DNA of 63,504 nucleotides, filler included, from Reticulomyxa filosa (GCA_000512085.1; 12 parts of 12 records of this genome joined end to end with filler, not necessarily neighbours in it), one strand, 5' to 3'. Counted from the whole stretch's first letter, positions 22,737-36,192 are shown. The notes: generated by a model from the letters alone, not told the origin. Program-made: numbers and translations.

Positions 22737-24214
22737 TCACTCTGTTTTCTTTTTCATCTTTTTTTTATATTTGACCTCATTTCTCAAAGCGATCCATTTT
22801 CTAGTTCTTTGGATGGCCTCTTTGTCATCAACAAGGTTATAGTTTTTGAGTATTTTTTGTGCCTTGACATCATTGAACGTGTACTCTTGAGAACATGACT
22901 CCACAGCCAAGACTCCAAAGCACTGAACAGGGTCACCGAACTGAAGGCCAAAGAACTTAAAGCAAAAGAGGACAAATAATTCATAAATGTACGCAAAAAA
23001 CAAGATGACATGGAAAGGTATTTTGAGTGTAAATAGGCTTTTTTGTTCATTCAAAGTATAGCGATAAAAATGAATGAAATTTTCATCTCTGCTTTTCACA
23101 TGGAAAACCTCTCCGTTTACTTGTCCACTCTTTTTCCCCCCCCCCCCCCCAGACACACATTAAAAAAAATTATGAACACGTCACATCTTATTTAAAAAAT
23201 GTATTTATTCAAATTGAAATATGGACACCACGTTGTGACCAGTACATCAAATGAACTTTAGTTACACAAAAAAAAATAACTGTCTCACTGGAAGCCAATG
23301 CCCTTGCGGCAACAATGAAAACATTGGCAGCATTTTCAATGTAAATGAACGAATACGGATCTTTGTCTTTTGCATTGAGAATGTTGTTGTTGTCTTTTTT
23401 AGAACCAATGATAACCGGCATGGCAATAGTGGCGTCAATTAAGTAATCACTCGGCCCAAATAAATGGGGGATGCGAATGATGCAATTACGGATATCTTTT
23501 TCTTTTGTTTGGATCACCAACTCTTCACTGACCGCTTTGGTCTTTCCATAAACGTTGTAACTGTAATTTCTCGGCCACGTCTCATCCGCCATGTGCAAAC
23601 CCTTACCCTTATTTATCACCTCAATTGTGCTACAATACAGAAGTCGGGACACTTTATTGTCTATGCATCCGGCTATTATCTGTCACAATTTTTTTTTTTT
23701 TTTTTTTTGTTGACCTTTTTGATTGACTCCAAAGTAACACAACAACAAAAAAAAAGAATGTTCCTCCTTTTCTTACACACATTTTCCGTCCCATTGATGT
23801 TCACTTCTTCCACAAGCTTTCCAGCAAAAACACGAATATCTGTGATACAGCCTAAATGAAATACTGTATCCACTCCTTTTAATGCTTGCTTCACTGCTTC
23901 TTTGTCTCGCATGTCACATTTTATGTGGGATATGTACTTCGTGACAGGCTTCAAATAAGGGTCGGTTGATGTGTCTGACCTTGGTTTTTCTTGTTATCAT
24001 GCACAACTTTTTTCTCTCGTAACATGCTTTGATCCATGGCCAACTTTGGCTTTGGTTTTAGTTTTTTGGTTTTTTTTGCCTAACCTGCTATATCCAAAAT
24101 TTTCACTTCGCAGCCGCGTTGTGACAAAGCGCTCACCAAATAGTAACCCAACCATCCAAACCCCCCTGTAACTAAACAAACCCCAAGTTCCTTTGACAAG
24201 TCGTCGTTGCTCAT
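22737..24214 (-). CDS. 3-beta-hydroxysteroid dehydrogenase/NSDHL-like extended SDR, multi-exon
   Basis: CLVTGGFGWLG (TGxxGxxG), CDMRD...GVDTVFH, VNINGTENV, LLYCST, catalytic YGKTK (YxxxK), IRIPHLFGPSD, FIYIENAA. Confidence 0.88.
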
Positions 24215-24656
24215 TTCTTTTCTTAGGGGAATGAAAAGGAATAGATTAAGTAGTATATTTTTTTTAAAAAAATATATGGTCCTAACCAGTCGTTCTAAGT
24301 GCTTACTTTTGTTCTTCAGTGAGCACATTTCAACAATGAATGTAATAACTCCTCATTGGAGCAAAATGACTATATAATAGCTGCTATTTCTGGTGAGGAA
24401 AGAAAAAATTACTATCTGTAGTTTCTACTGCAAATGAAATTTAGTTTTTTAAAGACGTTACGCAATGAAAACACGAATAGAAATTTTTTAACTATTGACT
24501 GAACTATGATCTAATTTAATTATTCAAGCTTAAGCCAAAACTTATAAATGTTGATGTACGAGAGAGTACAAATATTAAAAGAAAACTGTGGTTTGTTTTT
24601 GGTTTTTCTTTAAGTTTGAGAGTGAATCCCGGTAGAAAAAAATTGATCAAATTAAG

Positions 24657-26207
24657 ATGGATGAAAAGAAGGAAGTGGATGAGGAACAGAAGGTCAAATT
24701 TTGTCAGTTATTACTGCAATTGCTGAAGATTCAGCAAGAGGAACTGAAAGGCCATCAAGAAGTTGTACCGGAAGATACCCTTACCACTGTTCAACCAACT
24801 ATCACACCTACCAATCCAGCGGAAATGTGCAATCTTGTTGAGAGACAAATCTGTACTTATATTTTTTTAAGCAGAGAGTGCATTTTAGAGCCTTGTACAA
24901 GCCGTTGCAACATGGCACATAAAAAAAACATAGTACAAAACCAACAAATTCTTTTTTTTCGGGAGTCTTCGCGAGGATGTGAACGACGGTGCATACTGGT
25001 CGGATGCCAATGGACGGCCATTTTTGGACGGTGCCACCACTAGATATGGTACACTGCGAGCACTTTGCCAAAGGGGGCTTTAAAAAAAAAAAGGGGGACA
25101 ATAAATGCAAAAAAAAAAAAAAAATTAACTAATATAGGTCGTGTAGCGGGCTTTAGCATGTATCGTGATGAAGAATCGCAATTCGCAATAGCGTGCAAGA
25201 ACGATGATAGCATAGGTAGCAAACCATTGATCGGAAAAATAACGTGGTGGGAATTAGAGAAGAAAAAGGACAACGAAGTGGACGAGAAGACGCTGAGACC
25301 ATGCACGGATTTGACAATGGAAGAATGGAAGTTGTTCGAAAAGAAATTGACCCGCGCGGACTTGATTGAAGGGTATTACGACGACTATGCCAAGGAAGAG
25401 CAATGCTTTGCACGAGAACTTGTGGACGTGGAACTGCTGACGTCAGAGGAGGTTGCGAAGATAAAATTGGAAATGGAAAAAATGAAAGACAGCAGCGACC
25501 CGGATATGATGGGCGATGACTTGGAATTGGACAATGATAATGATAATGATAACGACGATGGAGACAAACGCATGGCAGCGCGCAAAAACAATGGAAAAGA
25601 GAGGCTCGCGCAAAAAAATAAAGATAAATGGGATGATATTTTGGACGTGAACACAACTTCGGTGGACAATGACGACAAAAAATATCAATGGGAAAACGTG
25701 TTTGATGACATGGATGAAAATGTATATTCTACTCAAACCAAAGGCTTATTTCAAATGCAAGCGCTGACAGAACAATGGAAAGACAAAGAATATATGCAAA
25801 AAATGTCCAAAAAAAAACGCACGTTTGTAAAGTGCTATATATACTATAGCCAGCCGCTCCCAAAGGCCTTTCTAAGTGTCTTGTCTTACAAAGAAAAGTC
25901 CAAACAATTCCACAAAAAAATGGCAAAGTTGGCCAGGAAGTACGGCGAACAGGTTTTGTCTGAAGTCAGTGGCGAAAGCGTTTTGTTAGCTGCCACTGAT
26001 GGAATGGGGTTGGACTATGATAGTGCCAATGGAAATGATGAGATTGGTAATGACGATGATGTTTTTGGGGATGAAAAACCGCGCAAAAAAGTTGAAGAAA
26101 TGAGAATCGATGAAATCATGGGATGGAAACCTGTACCGTCGGGAAACTGGTTGGATTATTTGGAGAGTATTGAAAATGTTGGCCTAATTACTCATCCCAA
26201 AAAGTGA
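24657..26207 (+). CDS. Hypothetical acidic protein, multi-exon
   Basis: ATG at 24657, short GT-AG exons, then a long terminal exon (~25138-26207) with strong coding composition. No family recognised. Confidence 0.7.
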
Positions 26208-27496
26208 TTCGACTTGCCATCAGGAGGAAGGAGAGACGAATTCCTACTTCATCAATAACACAATCTCTCTTCTACTTCCTGACTTCACATTCTGTGACCA
26301 GAATGTTATTCATTGTTACTCAAAAATAGAATTAAAAATTAATTGTGTTTCTTTCTCAAAAGGTGTTGTATAATTCCGCTACCTTGGATTTTCACACATT
26401 TTCATCACTTTACAAAATGTAATTGCCATACGTTCAAAAAACTGCTTTACCCTATCTCAGCATGGATTTGAAAATACAAACAAAGGTAATCAATTAAAAG
26501 ATATTGCAGATTTTTGAAAAAAGATTTATTGACTGCAGTTCCATTAACATGTAAAAATGTTTGCAGCTTAATTTAAGTGTCAAATTTTCATCTTTATATT
26601 CAAATTTAAACATTAATTTCAGCAATTTCTGGAAAATTGTTAGCAATATGAGCATCATAAATTCATAGAATACATTACCAAAATTACTAATTCTACATAA
26701 GCCAGAGTACATATAATATTTTTTGTAGGAACAGAAAGATGTTTAATCATCAACAAATAAAGAATACATTACATGAGTATTGACACAAGCATGAAAACAC
26801 ACATTAGAAAGGAGCATCCAATCTTATTGCGTAATGCTAGTTTCTAATTTATATCAACTCAATCGAAGTATTGTGAAGTCTGTAGTGATACTCGTCATAT
26901 ATCATAATGACTTCACTCTTTCCTTCTTTTAATTTAATTTTAGTTATAGTTTTCTTTCGAACACGTTGATTTTTTTTCGATCCAGATCATCCTACAAACC
27001 AAAGAAATTTGAAAAGAGAAAATGTTGTGCTTACGTGAAAATGCATATAAAATACATGAACGCTTTAATAAAAATAGCTCCCAAGTTTTCTTAAACTTTT
27101 TTTAACATATTGTATAGCATAATGATAATATGTTCAGTTTTGTGTTTGTTTCTTTTATTTCATCTTAAAGTTGGAAACAACAATATTTAAAAAAGATCTT
27201 TTCACAAATATTGACACAAAACCGTTCATTTATTTTCTTTTATCTACTAAAACCTCAATTTAATCTGCTGGTTGTGTTAATTGCTTTATTCCCTTATTTT
27301 TTAATGTTACTGATTAAGAATCTATTAGTGGAAAAGTAAGCATTTATACATTGCTATCTTTTACTTAATTTGATGGCAATTGAAACATTGCAAGAAGGAA
27401 AAGCAAAATTGATCAGCATTATCAGTTGTGAAATTATTAAAGTTTCCCGGTACATTAAAAGAACACTTTTTTCCTTTTCATTTTTTCCGCCTTCAT

Positions 27497-27808
27497 TTAG
27501 CAATCTAAGAAATGGGCAGCTAGCAACACTTGTATAACCTTGTCTTGTGGGATGTGCATATGCCCAAAGTCGGGTACTTCTTCATCGGATTTGTTGTATT
27601 TGTGTTTGAAATAGAAATATTTCACCACTAATTCCAAAATTTCAGATTGAATCTTTTGCAGATGTATTAACGGCATCAAATCCGCTGTCTCTTTCCAGCT
27701 TGACTCACTTTGTAATAAGCACTTAATGAAGTTGCTACAATTTGCCACTTTTTTTTCTATAATAAACTCGGCGTTGTCTGCGCTGATTTTGTATTGTGTG
27801 AAACTCAT
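27497..27808 (-). CDS. ELOC: Elongin C (SKP1/BTB fold)
   Basis: 103-aa intronless ORF: ISADNAEFII...S.FIK.LL, ILELVVKYFYFK.KY...VPDF...VLLAAHFLDC*. Confidence 0.92.
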   Translation of the reverse strand: MSFTQYKISADNAEFIIEKKVANCSNFIKCLLQSESSWKETADLMPLIHLQKIQSEILELVVKYFYFKHKYNKSDEEVPDFGHMHIPQDKVIQVLLAAHFLDC

Positions 27809-28306
27809 TTATTGACTTAGAGAGCACGCGTTTTAAAAAGGACAACACCTGATCAATTTGATATATTTTGATTCTGTTGTTTCTTGTTCTTCATTTTCAC
27901 TGAGAGACATTATGCAATGCAACAAAAGAATCACACAGGTAAACAGGACCTTTAACTTGAAAATCTTTTTTTTGAAGTCGCAGGTCTTGAACGAATACTC
28001 TCGTTTTCAGTGGAAAATTTTCGATGTTATATATCTTATGATTTTTACGTCCTTTAAACATTTCGACCACAAATATTTGACCGAAAAGTATTCCTTAGTA
28101 AATTTGCCTCACATCGCACAAAAAGAGAAACAAAGGCTAACATAAAACTTGTTTGTGGTGGAACAGCCCAAATTGTGTCAAAAAATGTTACGAGATGCAT
28201 AGAAGAACAAAAGCTATCGAGAACTTTTGGGGACAATTAAAAAAATTTTTGTCAACAATTGACTACTTTATTTAAAAAAGTGTAAAAAATTTCTGTGCAA
28301 TGGATG

Positions 28307-28996
28307 TCACTCGACCGATTCCATTGTTAATTTTGCTTTCTCCATTTCTTTCAAAAAGCTATAAAATTGGGGCAACGACAGCTCTGTATTAAAAAGCAAA
28401 TTAGACATGCTCAATTGCATTTGATTTACCTTAACAAAAAGAAAAATACCTAAGGTTACTCTTTGAGTGTTGTTGTTGAGATCCAAAAGGACCAGTTGCA
28501 ACTGCAAATAAGTAGTGCCAACACTGCCCAGAGCATTGCTGGATGCGGTGACGCCAAATTTCCACTTCATATCAATGACCTGATTCAATCGCAAACTGGC
28601 ATCAATTGCAGACCGGTTAAGCTGATAATAACATCTTTTGTACATTTTCGAAAACATTTTGCGATATTTTTCGTCTGTCAATCCCAAATTTATCAAGTCA
28701 TCGCTGAGTGAAGAGTCATTCACATTATATTTCACACCACCATTTATTATCACTAAAATTGATTCAATAATCTTTTTAATTGTTGCTTCGTCTTGCGGCT
28801 TTTCAAATTTGGTTTTTTTGTAAATCTCACTTATTAAAAGATCGCCATCGCTTGCCTGCCTATCTGGGCTTAATGTCTCCATTATGGCTGTACAAAAATT
28901 CAAGTAATCGTCTTTGTTAAACTCATTCAAAGCACGCACTGCTTTTTTCAAATCTTCGTCAACATCCGCAGCATTCCCGGCAAACTTAAAGGGCAT
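28307..28996 (-). CDS. COMMD7: COMM domain-containing protein 7
   Basis: Exons 28996-28450 and 28383-28307. C-terminal DMKWKFGVTASS....VG..YLQLQL...ELSLPQFYSFLKEMEKAK matches the COMMD7 COMM domain. Confidence 0.88.
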   Translation of the reverse strand: MPFKFAGNAADVDEDLKKAVRALNEFNKDDYLNFCTAIMETLSPDRQASDGDLLISEIYKKTKFEKPQDEATIKKIIESILVIINGGVKYNVNDSSLSDDLINLGLTDEKYRKMFSKMYKRCYYQLNRSAIDASLRLNQVIDMKWKFGVTASSNALGSVGTTYLQLQLVLLDLNNNTQRVTLGIFLFVKVNQMQLSMSNLLFNTELSLPQFYSFLKEMEKAKLTMESVE

Positions 28997-29979
28997 GCCT
29001 TTATATGATATTCTAACAAAAATGGCAAATGGAGTTTTTCCTGAAATCCCAAAAACTTCAAAAGAAAACCTAGACGCTTTTGTCCAATTTTGTCGAAAAG
29101 CGTTCATGGGCTGTTGCATTTTAGAACATATTCGTTGTAGTTTCATTATCCTTATTTTATTATTTATTGGATTTTATTTTAGTTGGTATAGAGGTGTAGA
29201 CAATTCTAGGAAAAATATTAAAACTGATAGTTCTTTTTCATAAAATAGCTCAGATTAGAGTTCAATAAAATATTTTAACAATAAATACGAAATACAACAT
29301 TTGTCAAGCCAAAAATTTTTAAACTAAGACACAACCAAAGCTTTAAGCTTTTTGGAGTCGATTTGAATTTAATAAAACAAAAAACTTTCTGAAATTTATC
29401 TTTACTAACACAGCCTAATTTAATTTTATCTTTTTGCGGCAAAATTTTAAAATATCGTCCGCAAAAACGCACAATTTTGTAAGCCACCTGTTTGTTTATT
29501 GTAATTGGTTTCGATTTGCTAAAAAACAAAACACAATGTATCCCACAAAAAGTTTCCTGGACAACAAAAAAACATCCAGAAAATAAATAGTGAGTGATTT
29601 ACTCTGAGCAAAAGGTTGAAAAAAAGCGCAATAATTAGCGTTTTTCTCTGCATTTTGCTCTTGGCACAGACAATGAAGGACTTTCTTACTTACCATTGGA
29701 TTTAAGAAACATGCCCATTCAAATTTTTTTAAACAAAATATTAAAACAACGTTTTAGCAAAAAGTTAAATTTTTGAGAAGGGTATATCCGGCGTTTAACA
29801 AAAAAATCTTCCAATTTTAGTAACAATCTAAAAAAGAAAATTAGAATGTATTCATTGAAATGTTTTCAAGTATATAGTAAATACATTTGTAATCTTACGT
29901 TTCAATTTGAATTCATGCGATCCAATGATTAAAAAAATGTCGGAAGCAAAAAGATGTCATCAACTGAAATGAAAAGAGC

Positions 29980-31138
29980 TTACAAAAATACTTTTGTCAG
30001 TTTTTCTATTTTTCCTCGGCAAATTGGACAAGCAGCCGAGTCAGAATGATATTCTCCCAATTGCGAGCATTGTTCACACAAGCACACATGGGCACAAGGA
30101 AGAACAATGTAATTTCGATTTTTATCCAAACACACGACACACAAAAGTTGATCATCTTGATGTTCTTTCTCGACAACTTCATGTTGTAGAGGTTTAGAAG
30201 AGGTATCGGATTGAGGTAAGTTGTTACTTTTCTCGGTGCCCTTTTCTTCATTTTTTGCCCACTGAGTTTGTGCCTCATCCAAATACCAACAAATTTTACG
30301 AACAGTCTCTCCCGTCCCATAGCTGTCTTTCAACACCCAGATTTGTTGTTGTCGTTTGAACCACACGCTGCCATACCACGAGCCCAGTTTATTCCAGGTA
30401 TCAAAGGCCGATTCAAACGACGGACAAAAGTAGCATTGATATGTCCCCCATATCTCGCTTATCACCAAATCGGTGGCATTCTTGTCATCCTTTTCTAGGG
30501 ACGTGGTTGGCTTGACGTCGATGCCCTCTAAGGTATTTTGTGCCTATTGTTTGCAGACATGCGTTGTGAAAGAGGATGCTTGGAAAGAAGAGCAACTCCA
30601 GACATTGAGAATGTACATACCCATTGCATCAAATCTCCCAGTGGAGTAGTGGATCCGCTTATCAGTTCGTCATCTTGTGCACTATCCAAGTGCTTCTCTT
30701 CTTCCCCTTTGGGATCTTCGTGTGAACTTGGTTTGTGTCCGGTCGAACTCACTACGTATGCTATAATTGAGTCGACAAACGATTCTATGCCATACGATCG
30801 CTTCAATTTGTATTTGTCCGCCACAGGATCATATTCAAAAAATACGCTTGCATACTACGTCACAACCGTTTCAAAAAAAGACCCATTTTCATTTGTTCTT
30901 TTCTTTCATTTTTTTGTTTATATTAATGTCCTCTCACTCAAGACTACTTGTTTTTCACCAAACATGCCATAAATGGAAGAGAGTTCCAAAATTCCTTGGC
31001 TTCTGTTTCGGTATCAAAGTCATGTGATTCAAAATCTTGATTCCAAAGAGCAACCACTATTTTATACTTTTTCAGTTTGCGCGCGTTATTATCATTTCCC
31101 TTGTCGGAATCTTCGTTTTGTGGTACTGATTCTGACAT
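29980..31138 (-). CDS. RING-HC (IAP/MGRN-like C3HC4) E3 ubiquitin ligase with duplicated N-terminal domain
   Basis: Three exons (31138-30968, 30854-30621, ~30525-29980). C-terminal CVVCLD...VLPCAHVCLCEQC...CPICRGKI. Confidence 0.9.
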
Positions 31139-33351
31139 TAGTCTGCCAAACCAAAGTTTTAGAGAACCAGGAAAACTATGGACCACAAGTCGGCAAAAAA
31201 ACAAGGATATGATTATTTCTTTTAGAGGAAGCAGATTATGTGAGTTGTTGCATTAAATCTGGGTGTTTGTAGCTTACACATACTAGGCAATTCACCGGCT
31301 GCACCCTGCAGGGATTCAAAAAATGTTTGGACTTACGAACAATTCTGTTTGGTACAACCTTAACTAGTGGCATATCCTATACCTTAATGAAAATGTTAAA
31401 ACAACAATTGAAGAGTGTTATTCTTGTAGATTCAAAGAGACTCAATCGGAGAATAATTGATAGACGTTTTCTCACACGATGGTAAAATTTAACAATATAA
31501 CTACGTTTATTCAAATATTTAATCTTTTGATGCGTAATTTCAATATTTTTTGCACTTAAAAGTTTGAGTCATTTACTTGAATGATATTAATCAGTTTCAA
31601 GACACATACTTGTCGCTACTTTGTGTTCTAATTTATTGATTTTTCCCGTAAATCAAACAACGCAGTTAATTATATACAGTAGGATAAAAAAGAAAGTTGA
31701 TACATAAAATACCACCTTATTTATTAAGTCTTTACAATTTTTTCAAAAATTTTAATCTTTCATNNNNNNNNNNNNNNNNNNNNNNNNNNNNNNNNNNNNN
31801 NNNNNNNTTAATTAATTAANNNNNNNNNNNNNNNNNNNNNNNNNNNNNNNNNNNNNNNNNNNNTTAATTTTAATAAAAATGCAAATGATACGCATTCTCG
31901 CAGAATTCAAAAATCATTTGAAAGAATGTTGATTTCATCCAACAAAAAAAAAGTTATTAAAAAACCAATATCATATTTAAAAATTACAATATTTGTATAT
32001 TTTTTTTAAAATAAAAAAAAAATTAGGTCTAAATGCTGATTTTTCATTGAGAAAATCAATTATCATCATAAGATATCGTTTTAGGCTTTCAGTTTTCTTT
32101 TCAACCTACTGTACATATATATAAACATATGTGTGCACGAGTTTGTTTTTCATAGTGATAACAAAAAAAGTAACATTTGCATTTCGCAAAGTAGTTAACA
32201 CATATGCATGTTGGCAAATTTCCGATAATGTTTGGTACGTACTGTCCAAGTAACTGTATAAAAAGACTGCAATTATAAAAGGGGTCCAAATTAGTTACTG
32301 TCTTAACAATGACTTCTAATATCATGGGAACGAACAGTCGTTGGCCAAGGTATGAAAATGGATACGTCTTGTAGCAAAATATATATATCTGCTTCACGCA
32401 ATATTTTTATTCTTGACAATGTCAATATGAGTGCCGTAAAGATCCATGAGACGATATTGAGTGTCCTTTTTCAAAATTTTTTTTTATTCAATCGTCACGT
32501 TAAGCCCTCACATGAAATATTTTTTGTACGTTTCCAGGTGACATTCCATATCCCTGTTTCTTCTTTTTTTTTACTTTTGAACTTCTCGAATACTTTGTTA
32601 ACGTATTTTCTCAATCTACAAACTACTGCTAAATGGGGATTATTATTACTATAAGGAGGTAAAACACGAAGTTCTTTTGTCAGTGTAATTTAAAAGTTAC
32701 TGACACTGTCACTGTAAAACAGGGAAACAAAAAAATACGTACTACAATTTCGTTATTGAAACAATTCGGAATTTGAACACTTGCATTCAATGGAGATATT
32801 TTTGACTACTATATCTGACCTTGAAAGCGTAGAAGCAAACATGGTCAAATCAGGTGTCACAGATGGAATTATAGCTTTGATATCTTATGAAGATATTCTG
32901 ATTTTTTTTTAATCACAGCAATTGAGTCCAATATTGCATATTTGTTTTGTATTTCTAACCGTTTTCAGAAATGCACATTAATTGCATTGCTGGAAAAAGT
33001 GTAAGTAAACTAAATCAGTGATACTTTGTGTCATCTTTTTATTCAATTTAATTTTATTCAATCCTTTGTTATAATTTTTTCATTTTTTTTTAAGTAAGCA
33101 AACAATCTTCGGTATTTTTCGTTTTCATAGGCTTTCTCGACAAAATTATATTTGTGGAGACAAACTTGTAAATAATTTAAAGAAACGTTTATTTACAGTC
33201 CAACCACGTTGCTTGTTTATCCCACAATGGAACACAAAATTGACAAGAATTATAATTACTTTTTCCTCAATTAACTCAAGGACAAAAAGGTCGCTTTAAA
33301 TTGATTTTTTTTTTTTTAAAGAGGTAGACGTCATGATTATCGGATCTATTT

Positions 33352-35659
33352 TCACAATGGTCTCCACAATCGAAGTGTTTTATCATAAGATGCGGACACA
33401 ATGATGTTGCCATCTGACGATATATCTACGGCGGATAAACCTTTTGAATGTCCCCTCAGTGTTTGCAATAGCATCCCTAATCTCCTATTCCACAGCCGAA
33501 TGGTATTATCTAATGAGCATGATACAATAATTTGTTCGTTGGGAAACAAAGCAACATCTTTAGTCATCCCCAAATGGCCATTTAGCGTCATCAATCCAGT
33601 ACCAAGCGTGGCATTCCAGATTCGAATTGTCGCATCCGCTGAGCAGGAAATAATGAAGCGATTATCCGATGAGAATTTTGCCTTCTCGACACTTCCTAAA
33701 TGGCCATTCAATGTGCGTATAATTTTACCTGACCTTACATTCCAAATGCCAATGCTTGTGTCACCGGAAGCTGAGACACACTTTCGACTGTTATGTGAAA
33801 ATTCCACATCATTGACAGCACGTGAATGTCCTTGCAAGCTTTTCAGCGCTCGTCCAGATGGTCCGTCCCATAATCGAATGCTGCCATCTATCGAACCAGA
33901 TATAATGTACACTCCATCAGGTGAAAATTGAACACTTGTTACACTTGAATGTGTTTCCAACTTTTTGAATTCTTTTCCTGATTGCAAATCCCATAATCGG
34001 ATTGTGCAATCATCTGAACAAGATACAATTGTTTTTTTATCTGGTGAAAATCTTGCGTCATTGACTCGACTGCAATGTCCATTCAATGTCTGCATACTTG
34101 TTCCCAGTCTAATATCCCATATTCGAACTGTTTTATCTTCTGAACACGAAACAAGTTTTTCGTAATCGGGTGAAAATTTTACGCTTTGCACATGGTCTGA
34201 ATGTCCTTGGAGGACTTTCCATTGTCTAAAATATTTCATCTTTTTTTTACAAAAACAAAAAAAATTCGATTCACCTAAAAAAAAAAATAAAAAACAACAT
34301 ACTAAAATGTACTGTGAAACGATTGTATTACAATCATCCGCCCAATTCATTTTGATAGACAATGATCGATGCCAATGTTGTAATATCATTGCAATTTCTT
34401 TTTTTTTCTTTTTAAAAAATTATATATGTATGGTATATACATATATCACAGCGTAAAGTTAAATTTGAAAGTAAGACAAGAATTCTCAACTGTTAGTTTT
34501 GCAGTTACAATTTTGTCTCTACTTTCATCCAACTCTATTTGGATCTGCTCAATATCTACTTTATCTCTTTCTTCTGCAATCCAGCGCTTTTCTTTTTTTG
34601 TATCTTCTTTCAGCCATTGTTTTATGTCCGTTTTCATGTGTGTCGATAAAGCATTGCCACGGCTATTACTGCCTCCAATGATATGCACACACTCCATTTC
34701 TTTGTGCAATACTCCAGTGCAGTCATACAACGGAAGGGGCAAAGTTTTCTCACATTTCACCACTTTTTTGCGCTTATTGAATACTTGTGAACAGCCGTTG
34801 TAGCAACTCCAGTATCATTCGCGCCACCAAAGAACAGAATGCAGTCATTGATATACACAAGCGCATATCTGTACAATGGTCTCATCGTTGTACAAACTTG
34901 TAATTTCTGAAATGTAAATGAATTGGTCGTTTCATTATATTTGATTAGCAATCCCATTTGTTTGCAAAATAACACCATTTCTGTTATCTTTTTTTTCATA
35001 TTTTGATTTGACGTTGTTTTGGACGCAAAGGAATGACAAAATATCGAACAGTCGGGCAATATCCCGTGTTGGATATATTGAAATGTATTCAAATTGAGCA
35101 CGTCGATATTATTTAGATGATACGTGATAAATAACAAATGATTGGCGCTACCTCCAATCACTGCACGCACTCCAACATAATTATCTGTTTTTCTGCCAAT
35201 TTGAAATAGCTTGTTGTTTTCGTCAGTGAAAGGTATCCATTCATTTCTTGGCTCCATTGTTTTATTGGCTCCATTATTTTCACTTTTGTTTGCTTCTGCT
35301 CCACTCCAAACACTCACATATTTCATCATCAATGTATGTCTTGATATCTTTTGAGATCCGCCAAAGGACAACAATGTTATTTCATTTGTGTTTTTGTTAT
35401 CCCCTGCAAGCTTCACCACACAATGTCTGGATAATTCGACATGTTTTGGGTAGGAACAAATGAGTCTGTACTGTTTCTTGAGTATATGATAAGAGTAACA
35501 GCAATTATGTGCAATGCCTCCACAAATCAGGATTTCCTGTTTGTGAAGCACACACTGACTGTGAGACAGTTTCTCTGGTAAACGCCACAAAGATTGAAAC
35601 GGGGATGTGATATCAGGCTCTTTTTTTTGATGTAATTGTCCGTCTGTTGCATTGTCCAT
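33352..35659 (-). CDS. Kelch-type propeller fused to 7x WD40 repeats (one frameshift; possible pseudogene)
   Basis: 35659-~34495: Kelch-like (EILICGG, LLSFGG, AVIGG, ILFFGG, VHIIGG...STHMK) with a 1-nt deletion at ~34759 (TGG TGA vs TGG GTG AAA). A short linker exon (ILQHWHRSLSIKMNW) leads to regular GH...SVxFSPD...S.S.D.T.R.WD repeats at 34239-33352. Confidence 0.85.
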
Positions 35660-36192
35660 TATTTGTCCAATCTATGTGCTTAAATTTTCTTTAGAAAGTT
35701 TACTCCTTTTTTAAAAAAAACCGAGTGTTTTTTCTTTTGGTTCAAGAACTAGCTATTAATAGCTTCAGAAAGCAAAAAAAAAAAAAAAAAAATTGAACAA
35801 AAAAAATGTAAAAAGGATATATGTTATGAAGATAGCGTCCGTTTGACCAAAAAAAAAAAAGGTTATTTTTGAGCGAGTTAAATTCATTGTGCACCTCAGA
35901 TAGAGGATACATTCTTTTGTATTCCAACAAACATAATGAATTTTTGTGATGAAAGCCTTTGGGCTTGATGACTACACGTTTATTTCAAGTGCAACACACA
36001 TGTGCATATAACAAGACAAGAAATAAAGAAGATTTAAAAAAAAAAAAAAAAAGAAGAGGCAAACAAAGCGTGCCACTATTGAAAAAGGGAAGCAAGGGGT
36101 ATGAGAACAGAAGAGATTAAACAGGGAAACAACATTAGAAACAAACAAAACAAATAAGCAAGAAGCAAGCAAGCAAAGCGGGGGAAAAAAGT

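Noticed and set aside
33401-34165. Long antisense ORFs over the WD40 repeats (and similar shadows over NAGK, tubulin and 25153-25736)
   Set aside because: Shadow frames of real genes on the opposite strand; no independent motifs.
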